Below, piece by piece: positions 12,400 to 24,205 of a stretch of 60,000 nucleotides of DNA (positions are counted from its first letter, which is position 1; every line of letters starts with the position of its first letter). The stretch covers positions 7,814,001-7,874,000 of the forward strand of contig CM052832.1 of assembly GCA_028534125.1 (NCBI GenBank). Direction: 5' to 3'. Origin of the DNA: Lama glama. Taxonomy: Eukaryota. Under the pieces are notes generated by a model. It was not told the DNA's origin, searched no databases, and saw nothing but the letters and a program-made list of their open reading frames with translations. Both the position numbers and the translations under genes were made by a program.

Positions 12400-13125
12400 G
12401 ATGGCTGCTTACACTGTTATCCCTTTCTTAGCAATAATGTTTAGGTTCGGGAAAGAGTTCCAAGATATATATAATTCCTCATGCTGAGTAAGGGCTCCAG
12501 CCCTGCTCTGCCGCTGCTCGGGCTGCTGCTCTATCCAGGAATGTTATTACACCAGCCGCTGGCCCGGCGCTCTGCATGGGTGTCTCTCAATGTCCTCATT
12601 ATGTGCTCCGTATTTCAGGTCATGTAATTCAGCTGTAAAAATTTGCCCCTGGCTGCACCTGGCATAGGAGTGGCACAGAGGGGTGTGTTTATTTTTTTAA
12701 GGTGCTGTTAAAAATAAATTTAATAAGAGAAAGAGAGAGGAAGAGAGAGAGCAAGAGACTGAGACTGTGTTTAATTTGAACGACGGAAGAAAAGACATGA
12801 AGAGAAAGAAGGTCTGAGATCCCGGTGCTTTGAGCGTGTGTGCGTGTGTGTGTGTGTGTGTGTGAGCGGGCGTTTCTCCTGAGTAACTCAAAGCCAGCTT
12901 TGTTTATGAAACCGAGATTTTCCACATCGTTAGGTTGTGATGGGGCTGCGTTTATACTGTGTGATATCCCATTTTATATACATGCAGGTACGTTAGTGGA
13001 AGCCAATGGAGCTACTTCAATTAGTAAGAGTATGGGCAGCAATTAACTTTAAATGAACATTTTCATGAGGTTTTTTTTTCCTTTCCTTTCCTTTCCTTGG
13101 CCATGTAATTAATGAATCTCTGAAT
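12400..13125. promoter_or_regulatory. Candidate conserved non-coding/enhancer block
   Basis: No recognisable TE; forkhead TGTTTAT at 12686 and 12901, TAATTA homeodomain sites, GA-rich and (GT)n tracts; conservation is inferred, not tested. Confidence 0.35.
12836..12863. repeat. (GT)n microsatellite
   Basis: Direct read. Confidence 0.9.
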
Positions 13126-13795
13126 GAACCCAGTTTCTATAAGACTAGAAGATTTTGGCTCTGGAATCCTGCAACATGTAGATGGAGAGGAAGGTAAAGG
13201 TCTCCAGGCTGAAAGCTTAGGTGGCAGGGGGCTGTCCTCGTGGACATGCCAAGGGTGGAAGAGAATCAGCTCCCTGGCCCCTGAGCCCCCAGCCCTGAGG
13301 GAGATACGATGCACCTTGGGCAACCTTACATCTAAACCAAGTCCCTGAACATTTAGCCCAACAGAGGAGTTCTGTCCCACTTCTGGCTGAGAGAAGTTGT
13401 TTGGGAAATATCATGTTGAATATTGGGCGTTCCAGACTATTTCCAAAGATTTATGAGAAAAACTGGGATGTCTGAAATGAACCTGTCCTGGAAGGGCTGA
13501 GGTAGTGCCAGTAATGGGATAGTGGGGGCAGGGTGGGGTGATACTGACACACCAAGTTATCCGTTCTCTACTTGAGCTATGTTGTTACGTTTCGGGGGGG
13601 GGCTGTCTGTGTCCCCTGGACCTGAGATGTCCATGTTTGCCCTCAAACATGGTATCACACTGAGATCAGGAATCAAGGCTCCGAGGACAGTGCGAGAGGG
13701 GAGGGGGCCATGGATGGAAAAGCCTCACTTCTAAGGAGCAGTGCTGGTATCAGAGTCCTCTCCTGCCCTCCCTGGACTTAGAAGCTTGGGGTCTA

Positions 13796-13928
13796 GGAGG
13801 GAGGGTATAGCTCAGTAGTAGAGTAGGTGCTTAGCATGCACAAGGTCCTGGGTTCAATCCCCAGTATCTCCATTAAAAAATAAATTAATTAAATAAATAA
13901 GCCTAATTACCCCCCTTCCAACAAAAGA
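13796..13928 (+). mobile_element. Camelid tRNA-Ala-derived SINE (vic-1 type)
   Basis: A box tagctcagtag, AGC anticodon-like loop, B box ggttcaatccc, (AAAT)-rich tail; TSD agaagcttggggtcta (13780-13795) / agtagcttggggtcta (13929-13944). Confidence 0.92.
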
Positions 13929-14317
13929 AGTAGCTTGGGGTCTAAGGAGGGCCCCTCAGATGTAACTACATGCATCTGCTGGTGTCTACCCAGGTGGCCA
14001 TGGAGGGCCACCCAGAGCTGGGGAGGGGCTGGGAATGGGCGTCTTAGATAAACTGAAGGAGCTCTCCCCACCACACACCTTCCGTGTCCGGTCCCCTCTC
14101 CCTCCTGGCGGATACCCCTGCCTGGTCACTCTGCCTGGGACAGCAGGAGATTGGCTTCTGAGGCTTAGTGCTGAGATGGGGCCCCGTCACATAGCCTGTC
14201 ACCAAAGTGCCACCCGACCAGAGCTGGGACACCTCTCTGGCTGGCGGTCACCTTAATCCACTCCATCTGACAGTTTGTGGTGGCTGTTTCCCCTCAGCTC
14301 CCCGTTTGGCCTTACTC

Positions 14318-14336
14318 GGGCGCCACCTGGTGTCCA
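14318..14336 (-). promoter_or_regulatory. CTCF motif candidate
   Basis: Minus strand TGGACACCAGGTGGCGCCC, one mismatch to CCACCAGGTGGCGC. Confidence 0.5.
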
Positions 14337-14604
14337 AGAGGGTCACTGCTGGTGGGTTCCAGCCAAGCGCGAATAGGTTTTCACTTTTGTCTTTGTTTTT
14401 CATGCTCTTCTTTTAGGCTCTGTGGTAAAAGGTGGGGTCTGTCGGAATGACAGCAGCAGAGTAGGCACAGCTAATTGGGGACATACCCCACATTAAAGGC
14501 CTTGTTCTGCCCCGGGCCGGTTCTCACACACCACAAGGAGCTTTCAGAGACCCCAGTCAGTCTTGTTTTGTTTTGTTTTAATAAATACGTCTGTATAGAG
14601 AGAG

Positions 14605-14820
14605 ATTCGGGGCTAAAGGAGCCAGGCTGGGTTTCTGTCTTGTCTCAGCCACTCACTAGCTACGTGACGGTGGGCAGACTACTTTCATCTCTCCGAACCT
14701 GTTTCTTTCTCTGAAGGACACGGAGGATGACACCCACTTCAGAGGCCCTGCGAGATTTAAAATGAGAAAAGTCCTGCCAAGTTCTTGACCACTGAGGGTG
14801 ATCAATAAATGTTCATTCCT
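14605..14820 (+). mobile_element. MIR SINE
   Basis: ggagccaggctgggtttc...ccactcactagctacgtgac...gagatttaaaatgagaa...tcaataaatg. Confidence 0.7.
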
Positions 14821-15255
14821 CCTTTCCTCAGCAGATGTAGTAAAATGTAGACAATGACACAGATCATAATTAGAGGCTAGTGACGCAAGGCAAGTCACAT
14901 TTCTTTTTCTTGGGGGGGGTGGAGGTGGGAGGGGTGGGCAGAGCACTTCGTGGGTGGAGGGAACGGCTTCATTCTCGCTTTCCTCCAAGCTCCTCAGCCT
15001 GTGCACGTCCGGGCAGAGGAGTCCCTGATCACACCTCCACTGAAGCCTCTTCCACTCCAAACTTTACACCAACAGGTTAGTAAGTAATAAGGCAACTAAC
15101 TCACTGTTGACTAAGCGTTGTTTGGAAAGTCCTCCAGAGCCCCATGTGCCCAGCTCAGATCAGTTTTCACCCCATGATGCTCATCGCCAGCTCCTGAGCC
15201 CCTATGTAGGGGAGGCACAGTCAAGAATTTTATAAGCATTGCTTCACGTACTCTT

Positions 15256-15441
15256 TCTTTTTTCAATTTTTTAGATTGAAGTATAGTCAGTTTACAATGT
15301 GTCAATTTCCTAAAGTCAGCAGAAGGAAAGAAATAATAGGATCAGGGAGGAAATAAGTAAAATATAGATTTAAGAAACAATAGAAAAAATCAATCAAACC
15401 AACAGCTGTTTTTTTGAAAGAGTAAACAAAGTCGACAAGCC
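15256..15441 (-). mobile_element. 5'-inverted (twin-primed) L1: minus-strand 3' tip (~15256-15309) fused to plus-strand ORF2 fragment (~15309-15441)
   Basis: T-tract + ttgaagtatagtcagtttacaatgtgtcaatttc (reverse complement of L1 3' end), then degenerate PKVSRRKEII...FFERVNKVDKP; TSD tcacgtactctt / tcatgtactctt. Confidence 0.85.
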
Positions 15442-15454
15442 TCATGTACTCTTG

Positions 15455-15545
15455 CAACAACCATTCCAGGTCAGTATTATTGTGATCAAGTCACTTGCCT
15501 AAGGTCACACATCTAGGAGGTGGTGAGGTCTACGCAGCTCTAGAT
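15455..15545 (-). mobile_element. MIR fragment (host of the inverted L1)
   Basis: cagtattatt...aagtcacttgcctaaggtcacacatctag. Confidence 0.6.
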
Positions 15546-17913
15546 CAGGTTCGCCTCTTCCTGCTTAGCTCTCCCAGCGCCCCTGGGAGCTGAGCTGGAC
15601 CCTCAGGGATCTTCTCCTGGACCAACAGCCAACCTGTCCCTGAACCAACCAGCAGCGACTTTCTCCACCAGCCCCCGCCCCTGGCATAAATCACGTCTCG
15701 TTCCTGCCCATGGGTCATTGGTGAGGCTCCCAGCTGTCTTCCGCCTAGTTCCTGGCGTGTGGCTATATTAAGAATGTGAACCATAACAGTAACACTTAAA
15801 AAAAAAAATCCGAAAGAGAAGGGAAGAAAGAAAGAAATACCCGTAAAGAGTCTAATGTCGGGTCCAGCCAAGGGTCATAAATCAATGTCGGTAAATTTAT
15901 AAACAGTTCATAAATGTAAGTGCTTTTTACAGGGCTGTTTGTTATTGCGTTGGGGCTGGGAGGGGTGGGGCTGGGTTGCACAGTGGAGCTGTCCGTCCAT
16001 CTGTCTTCCAGTCGGAAACCGCTAGGATGGTTCCAGGATCTCCAGCAGCAGAAGCAACAGGGACGGGACCAAGGCGGCCTCAGCTCTGATGTCCAGGTGA
16101 TCACAGCCTGATGGAAACTTGCGGGAGGGTAAGAGAACCAGCCTGGATGACCGGTGAGCTGAGCCCTGAACTTGAACTGAGGTTTTGAGGACATATACAA
16201 CCACAACATCACAACTATGAATTTTTCTCCAGATTCTCTTTTTGGGTTTTCAGAGTATCCTGCTCCTGGAAGCTCTAGTGTGTCCTGGGGTGAGATGCAT
16301 GGCCAAAAGGGACTCCTCTAAAGCAGAGAACCAGCTTTTTCACAGCTACTTCCCCCTGCACGCTCTAATGGGCACCCCATCCCCACCTCTCCTTCACTGG
16401 CCCGTTCAGGGACCCAAAGCCCAGAGACCCGGTGTAAAGACAGGCTTTGCCAGGACACACCCTCTGCAGTTGTAGGAGTGACTCTGGCTAGAGGGTCCAG
16501 GTTTTGCACATGAAAAGGGAGGCTGGCGAACCCCGCCCCTACCCCATCCTGTCGCTGTGTTGAGAAGCAATGGTGCTTGGGCCCTGGAAACTCACAGAGC
16601 AGGTCTTGAAAGGAGCGTCTTGGCTTTTCTCCATCAAGATTAGGAAACGCACACTATCCTCTACCTTATCTGTATTTTTCTCTTCTTTGACTCGATCACA
16701 TGCCACCTCCCCATTAGTCCCAAAACAAGACCCTATGCAAATGAGCTTTTGCCAAAGGGTCCTTCCTCGGGGTGGATGCTTGTGGGGTTGCCTCACTCTT
16801 CTCCCCAAAAGCTCCAGTTTCTGGAGCTCCGGCACTGGCCCAGCCCAGACACCTGTGGTTTGTCTACCTCGACACCTGCTGGCCAAGCAGCCAAGTAGCC
16901 GGTTGGTAAGGGTGGAATGCACGTGGGCATTGACCTCCAGCCTCTGCCGCCCGCTTCCTGAGCCCCCTGAGCCAAGTCACTGATGAGCAGCTGAGAACAT
17001 TCATGAAGACCTGATTGACCAGTCAAAGCTGGGCCAACTTGTGACTTCACTATTATACCCTGCAAACTCCAGGTCCACGCATCCCTCTGGATCTTGAAGG
17101 AAGGAGATAATGAAAGTAGGTGCATGGATCCAGTGCCTTCTAGAAGCTTCTTCCACAGCAGTACTAACACATACCTTTCTAAGTGTGAGTGATTGTATTT
17201 CTGACACAAAGCAGCTCTTCTTTTAGTGAGACTTTTTAAAATGCCTCTGCCTATGCAAGTTCTTCCATTATTCTATAACTTTGTCCCCTGATTTCCAGGG
17301 GACTCGGGTCACTGCACACTCTTCAAGAGGCTGCTAGGTCCGACAGAACCACCTTGTGCAGCCAGGACTGCCGTGAAAAATCCCCTAACCAACTGCACCT
17401 TTCCAGGCCAGCACTAAACAGGGATTTCATTTATTTGAAAAGTAGGTATTAAATATGTCAGATATAGGAAGTTAAATGTAATGGGCCCAATTCCACACTC
17501 GGTTCCATATGCGTAAATCCCACTGATGGAGAACAGAGTGCGGCCGGGGCAGCAGAAACAAGGTCCCTGGTCTGCGGGAGGAAATTGCACTCTTGATGGA
17601 TCTTAGCTGACATTCTAATGGACGTGGCAGCAAGGCTGTGAAAACTGGAGGGGCCCCCGAAGTTCCTGGTTGGGTTGCTTGGGTTCTTTTTTTTTTAAGC
17701 TTTAGGAGTTGTCGCATTCCCAGTTTATTCCTTCGTTTTATTTTCTAACTCTTGGTCAATGTTAGCCCTTTCCCCTCAGTTTTGCTTCAGCTCGGCTGTG
17801 CTTGAGTGGAGTTTTCCAGGAGGGTGGCTGGGTGCTTGGCCAAGGAGCAAACATTTCGGAGCCTCCCTCTGGGGACCAGTCTGAAGGCCCCTGGCCACTG
17901 ATGCTCCATGGCA

Positions 17914-18079
17914 AGTCTTGCTATTCAAAGAGTGATCCCTGGACCAGTAGCGTCAGCATCCCCTGGGAACGTGTTAGAAATGCAGGGTCTCAGGCTGTAC
18001 CTCTGTTAGATCTACTCAACCCAAGTTTGCATTTTCACAGGATACCGGGTTATTCGTGTAGATGATTTGAGAAGCCCTG
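17914..18079. mobile_element. MER5A-type hAT DNA transposon
   Basis: tcaaagagtgatccctggaccagtagcgtcagcatcccctgggaacgtgttagaaatgcag...tttgagaagccctg. Confidence 0.85.
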
Positions 18080-18174
18080 GATTAGAGACACGAATTGATC
18101 ACCAGGCATCATCTTAGGAATTTCAAGAACCCGGTTCAGATGTCTGTGATTACTCTGTAGAGTGACTCACTAGC

Positions 18175-18345
18175 CAGTGGCTCTCTTCCCCGGCTGTGCA
18201 TGAGAATCACCAAGAGAACTTGTTTAAATGGGGATGTGCAGAACCGGCCAGAGAGATAGTGAATCAACTGGTGGCTGGGAAGGGGCTCAGACATCTGTGT
18301 TTACTTAGAGCTCCAGGTGATTGCACTGTGGAGCTGGGACCGGGA
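18175..18345. mobile_element. MER5-type hAT fragment
   Basis: cagtggctctc...ggctgtgcatgagaatcacc...catctgtgttt...gctccaggtgatt. Confidence 0.65.
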
Positions 18346-18721
18346 GATCCTGAGATAAAATATCGCTTTGACTAGTGAGACTTCTTTAGGGGCAGGAGTG
18401 ATGTAATTTTCCGGTTCACCCACCATGCATAGCATCCTGGGCCCTGTGCAAGATACAGGCGTGGATGCCATGACTGCTCTCCAAGAGCTTGCAATTCTGT
18501 TGAGGACAAAGTGAGATTCAGAGCGGGAGGTGCCACCCACAGTGAGGTTTTCAGAAGCACCTGCCCTGAGGCACTGAGGATGGAGGGGGCAGGTCCACAG
18601 CAGGAAGGGATGGAACAGGACTGAGCAGAGAGAGCGGTCAAGTGCTAGGTCTGAGAGGAGATGCATCCAGGTGGCAAGTAAGAGCTGGAATCTCCCGGTT
18701 TTGCCACAGAGTATCCCAGAG

Positions 18722-18915
18722 CAGGTGTTTCCAACCTCAGCAGCATCGACATTTTGGGCCAGATAATTCCAGACCAAAATAATACTGTGGGGGCTGTCTG
18801 GTGCGTTAGAGGCTGTTTAGCAGCATCCCTGGCCTCTACATGCCCACACCCAAAAATGTCTCAGACTTTGCCAGGTGAGCCCTGGAGGCAAAACTGCCCC
18901 TGACCGAGACCGCTG
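18722..18915 (+). mobile_element. MER20 hAT DNA transposon
   Basis: caacctcagcagcatcgacattttgggccagataattc...tttagcagcatccctggcctctac...aaaaatgtctcagactttgcca. Confidence 0.88.
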
Positions 18916-19044
18916 GCGTGGAGCAATCAGGGAAGATGGCGGTACATTGTAGACCTGGACACCGACACACAAGTGCATGGGGATGTGCTGTTAAGAATAA
19001 AAAGCAAGTTGCCAACAACATGGATGTCAGTCCCAATAACAGGG

Positions 19045-19065
19045 GTGTGTGTGTGTGTGTGTGTG
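19045..19065. repeat. (GT)n microsatellite
   Basis: Direct read. Confidence 0.9.
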
Positions 19066-19104
19066 TACGAGGGTTGTGTGCAGTGGGAGTGGTGCCTTCT
19101 CTCC

Positions 19105-19320
19105 AAGCGGTTAAAGTGTGGATGCTGGCACTCGATCACCTGGGCTCCAGTCCCAGCTCTACCACCTATTACCTGCCTCGGCCAATGTCCTTAATCTGTG
19201 TGCCTCAGTTTCTCCACCTTTAAAATGGGACAAGCCGTGTCTACCTCAATGGATTGTTGTAAAGACAAAGTTCAGTTGCTCAGCGGAGATAAAGCACATG
19301 GTAAAGCAGTTCTCAGGCCG
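19105..19320 (+). mobile_element. MIR SINE
   Basis: cctgggctccagtcccagctctaccacctattacctg...tgtgcctcagtttctcc...taaaatggg. Confidence 0.8.
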
Positions 19321-19524
19321 GGGCCCTAACTGACATCTCAGCTCTGAGGACAAGAGCAGAAGGCAGGGACATGGGGATACAGGGAGACTTTCAGGTGCTG
19401 TTCTATAAACTTCTGTCTGTTTGAATCCTGTCTAATGAGATCGTATTTCTATATTAACTGTGTAATAAGCCACACACACCCCGAAGAAAGAAATGGGCTG
19501 GATGAGCCCACCTCATCTTTTGAA

Positions 19525-20345
19525 ATAAATATTTTATTTTGGCATCATTTTAGCTTTACCCCCGCAAAAGAGTTGCAAAATAGCACAGAGAGCTCCCTGC
19601 CCCACCCCGTGTCGGCTTCTCCGCGTGTTATCATCTGACACTTCTGTGGCGCGGTGCTCATGGGTTTGAAACGTTGGTGCATCACTATTAACTCGCCTCT
19701 GGGCTTCACTTGGCTTTCACCAGATAGTTCACGAACGTCCTTTTTCTGTTCCAGGATCCCATCCAAGTGCCCACAATGCGTTTAGTCATCCTGTCTCCTG
19801 AGGCTCCTCTGGGCTCCACCGATGACTCTGTCTCGTCTTTGTTTTTCATGATCTTCACACTTTGGAAGAGCACCGGCCAGGCATTTTGTAGAACGCGCCC
19901 CTAATTTGGGTTTGTCTGATGTTTTCTCATGACTAGACAGGGGTTTGGGAGAAAACCCACAGAGGTGAAATGGCCTGCTCATTGCATCGTGCTGGGGCCA
20001 AGTGCGGCCACCAGGACTATCACTGGTGAGGTCCACCTTGCTCACCTGGCCCCAGAGGTGTTGGCCTGGTTCCTCCACCATAAAGCGGCCCCCTCCCCTC
20101 CCACACTCCACTCTCTGGAATCAAGTTGCTGTGTGCAGTCCACATGCTGAGAGGAGATGGATTCAGCCCCTCCTCCTGGGGGAGGGAGTGTCTACATTTT
20201 ATTTAGAGTTCTTCTGTAGGAAGATTTGTCTCTTCTCCCCATTTATTTACTGACTCAGTCATTTATTTACACAAGTATGAACTCATGGATATTTTAGACT
20301 CTGGCTTATAATCCAATACAGTGATATTTATTTTGTTGTTCAAAT
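19525..20345 (-). mobile_element. Ancient L1 (L1MC/L1MD-type) 3'UTR
   Basis: gagttgcaaaatagcacagagagctccc; ttttctgttccaggatcccatcc; ccaggcattttgtagaa...tttgggtttgtctgatg. Confidence 0.85.
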
Positions 20346-23300
20346 ACCCACTTCATTTTCATCAGTGGAGAAGCCCTGAGTTGAGCTGGGGGGTGAGGGG
20401 AGGTTGATTTGTAGGTCAGGGGCTCCAACAGGGAGATGGATCACAAGTTACAGACGCAGCATGGGGTTTTTGGTCTTGGTTGGACCCCGGGAAGGCCATG
20501 GCCGGCGGGAAAGCAGGAGTAAGAGAGGTCATGTGACTTGTGGCAGGGCTGCTACCGGTGTGACTGTTGGGGTGGGGGGACTTCCAGCGTGAGGGTGTAG
20601 GCAAGGGATCTAACTGCAATTTCAAGGCACATCTCGTCTGTAAAATCCTGGGGGAAGCAAGGCCATGATACGGTTGAGAGATGCTGTAGAGATCCAGGAC
20701 TTTGTCCAGAATCAAAGAAAAAGGTGTGCCAGAGCAGTAGACTATGTGCTCTGCGGGGAGGGGGCGCAGGCGTGCTGGAATCCCTGGTGTGGGGTAGGGA
20801 ACACAACGTGGGGTGACAGACCCCAGAGCACAGGCTCTGACGCTCGGTGGGGTGGATCAGCCTTGCGGCCATCAGTCAGCCATGCTTGAGCAGGGAGCCC
20901 CAGATGGACCCAGCAGTCTCGACTCTGAGGTTGAGTCTTATCCTCTGTTCGGTCCTGAGTCCACAGGGTTGGGGAGGCCCTCCTAGCTCCCTCCGGGGCT
21001 TCACGGTGCCTGGTCCTTTGCCCCCTTCCGCAGGGTCCCGTGCCTTCCTTCTCTTGGCTTCCCGTGCGGGGTCTCAGGCCCTTTCTGGTCACTCTGGCCC
21101 CATTGGTCGGTTGGAGGGTGGGGCAAGGGGGTACCAGCGGGAAGCAGGACTGAGATGCTGTGAGCTGACCTCCTGCCAGAGCCCAGCATTCTACAGACAT
21201 GCAGGCCTCTCCCGGCACAGCCCTCACGGCATAAGGTCCTGGGGCTCCTCCCTGCCTGGAGTCACCCCTCCCGGTGCCCGTTCCCCTGGCCTCCTTCATG
21301 CATTTCTCCAGGAGGTGGGGCCCGGGGTGAGAGGGGAGCACCTGTCCTTTCACAAATACTCATTAGACGTCCTGTTGGAAGCGTAGGGGACACTACTGTT
21401 CTCACAAGTGCAGAGACAGAAAGGGCAGCTCTACGGCATCTTCTTGGCTCGTGGGCATGACGTGCCCGATGGAGTCCATGTACTGGGTCACAGACAGCAA
21501 AGGACATAAAATAATCATCGTTCCTAACTGCAGCTGGTCACCGTATTCTTTGGTGGTGGGGGGGATGTCATGGGATTTTAATGTTTATCAGGAGGAGACA
21601 TGGGTTATGAATCAAGTGTGGGAGCTCAGGCCTGTCCAACCCACGGGTCTGTGCAGGTGAGGGGACAGGCCTGGGGCGGAGGGGGTCTCCGCCTAGGTCC
21701 TCTTGTGGTGTCTCTTTGGCTAACTGGTAGTTGTGGGCTTCTCCAAGACTTCATCCCCCGGGGTCTGGCTGCCCGAGACAAGTATAACTCCCACTGGCGG
21801 GGGAGGGGAGTCAAAGAGAGTGCTTCCTGGAGGAGGGACAGCGGGCTGACCGCAGGCAGGCCCCCCGGGTCAGCTTCCGACACCCACGCGTGATGGGAGA
21901 GCATTCCTGGAAGCCCAAATCCTCTGGCCAGGAAGTTTTGTTTTGTTTTTTTTAATAGCAGAATGAACCATAGGTGGGTCCTGGGACTCAGACCATTGAA
22001 GAGGAAGAGGAGGAAAGATGAGAAAGGCCTAGAAGAGGCTGGAGTGCAATTGCACTGTCCACAGATGGGCTTCCAGAAACCACCAAGGTGGTGCTGTGGA
22101 AACAGGAGGATGCCCCGGATGCAGGTGGGTGCAGGGGTATAGCTTGGCTGAGCCCCAGCGTGGTCCCCTCTCCTGACCAGGGCCCCCAGGAGGGAGCCCA
22201 GCCTGGCTCCACACAGCCGAAGCAGCTTCCTTGGCCCAGCAGCCTGATTGTGAAAAGGAGCAGGGTTTCCATTACGGCAGGGAGGCCGGGGCCGTCCTCT
22301 CTGGCAGGTGCACAGAAAATTCTTGTGGTTGATTCTGTTTCCAACAGAAGGTCGTGCCAAGGTTGCACAGGACATGGGAGAAACAGTCCCTGCCCTGGAG
22401 GAGCTGACTGTCTTCTTGAAGAGACAAGTCTGGCCTGGGAAGCAGCCCAGTCTGGGGTTCCGAGTGTGGATTGGAGCCTCAGTGAGGCCCTGTGCACGGT
22501 TAGCACCTGCACAGATGGTGTCGTGTCGTCTTCTTCATGTTACGGACTAAGAAACAGACCACAGGAAGCGTCAAGAGGAAAACTGAGGGTCTTGGAGGTT
22601 GGCGGATGTGAGGGGTAGCAAGAGGAAGAAGGTAACCCCACAGATAACCTTCTAGATGGATGCATTCTCTCTGCAAAGCGGGTAGCCGTCGCCCCCATAG
22701 GAACACACCCCAGTAGTCCTTTCGGATCAAGGGCAGGTGTCCTGGAGTCCACGCTCACCTCTGCTTTTCAAGCCGCCATCACCCGAGGACACCTGCCGCC
22801 AGTGTCTGGGTGGGAGACTTGATTACCCTAGAAGCCAGCTGTCTCAGCCCCGCCATCCCTCAGGAAGCTGCCCTGAGGCCAGACCTGCAGCAGGGACCAT
22901 GGCTTCAGCAGCAGGCCAGGTCCCTGCCCCTCTCTCCTGTCCCTGGGAGGATCTGCAGCTCCTGCCCAGCTTCTCGCCCAGCCCCTCCTGATGCCAGGAC
23001 ACCTGGCTTGGAAGACCCTAGGCGATTCCCACAGCCCCCAGACAAGGCCCAGAGAAGAGAACGACCTTTAGGGTTCCTCTGGTGCCTTTGAAACAAGAAC
23101 GGGCAGGAAGCCCCAGAGGCCCCGGGACAGCAGGCTTGGGTAGAAATGTCTCCACAAACACTTCCCAGGGGGTTTGATCTGACGTTGCTGCATCGACCTT
23201 GGAGCTCGCAAAGACCCTGAAGAGACACTTGGTGTCGACAGTCCACCCCTGAGAGCCCCAGGAAAACCATTGCCCATGTTTCTTCCCGACTCCATCTTTT

Positions 23301-23394
23301 TCTTTCAACCTTAATTTTTTGGCTCTGACCCCGGTGGGAATTTGGGTAGAATTCGCCAACAATGGTTACCACGTCCATGATAACAGCTCCTGCA

Positions 23395-23630
23395 TTAAAC
23401 ACCAGCCATACAAACCAGCTCCTGGGTCAAGTACTTTACAGGTATTATTTCTAATCTTTATAAGAACGGTTCAAAATAGGTGAGAGTCCCATTTTACGGA
23501 TGTGGAAATTGAGGCCATGAGAAGCTAAATAACTCGCTGAAGCTCACACAGTACGTCGGGGACTGAGCAGGGACAGAGCCTAAGTCTATCTGAGCCGGAA
23601 TTCTTAATTTTCTTACTGAACCACTCTGCC
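23395..23630 (-). mobile_element. MIR SINE
   Basis: cccattttacggatgtggaaattgaggcc...aagctaaataactcgctgaagctcacacag. Confidence 0.8.
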
Positions 23631-24059
23631 AATCACAACCAAATCCTATGTTACAGACATTCCAACTCAGGACCCCTCGACCTTTTCCACAGGATGGCGT
23701 GTTGTTTGTAGGCACAAGGCAGCAAACAGGTGAGGCGGAGACGAGCCGGAGGCTCTGGCGGCCCCGCCCCTGGCTGAGCAGTGAGGGTGGTGGACCAAGA
23801 CCTTGCACCCTGCGACCCATTCCCAGAATCCCTTCTCGGAAATTCTGTCCTAAATTACTGACTAAAGCAATCATTTCCAACTCTGACTAGTCACTAGAAT
23901 CAACTAGGGTGCTTAAAAACATACCTGTGCCCAGGCCATCCATACTCTCTGGGACGGGGCGTTTTTGGGAGAGCACTGACTCCATGCTGGTCTGGCTGGT
24001 GACTCATCCACAACCCACCCACCCACCTAACCCCTGCCGTTGTCCAGGCTCAGGTTCCA

Positions 24060-24205
24060 ACGCCCATCACGGACACATACGTACACACTGTGTGCCCTTC
24101 AAGAGCAAAGGCCACGTCTGTGTTGCTCACCGCTGGGCCCTGGGACTAGCACCATGTCTGGCATGGAGCATGTGCACAATGGATTTTTTTATTTAATGAA
24201 TAAAT
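24060..24205 (+). mobile_element. L2 3' terminus
   Basis: gagcaaaggccacgtctgtgttgctcaccgctg...ctagcaccatgtctggcatg...aatgaataaatg. Confidence 0.7.

Noticed and set aside
12400..13125. Assigning the window to a named gene locus
   Set aside because: No exon or diagnostic sequence recognised; a genome alignment is needed.
13796..13875. tRNA-Ala(AGC) gene (also 45176-45251)
   Set aside because: The tRNA-like head is followed by the SINE AT-rich tail and flanked by TSDs, and the stems are mutated. These are SINE copies.
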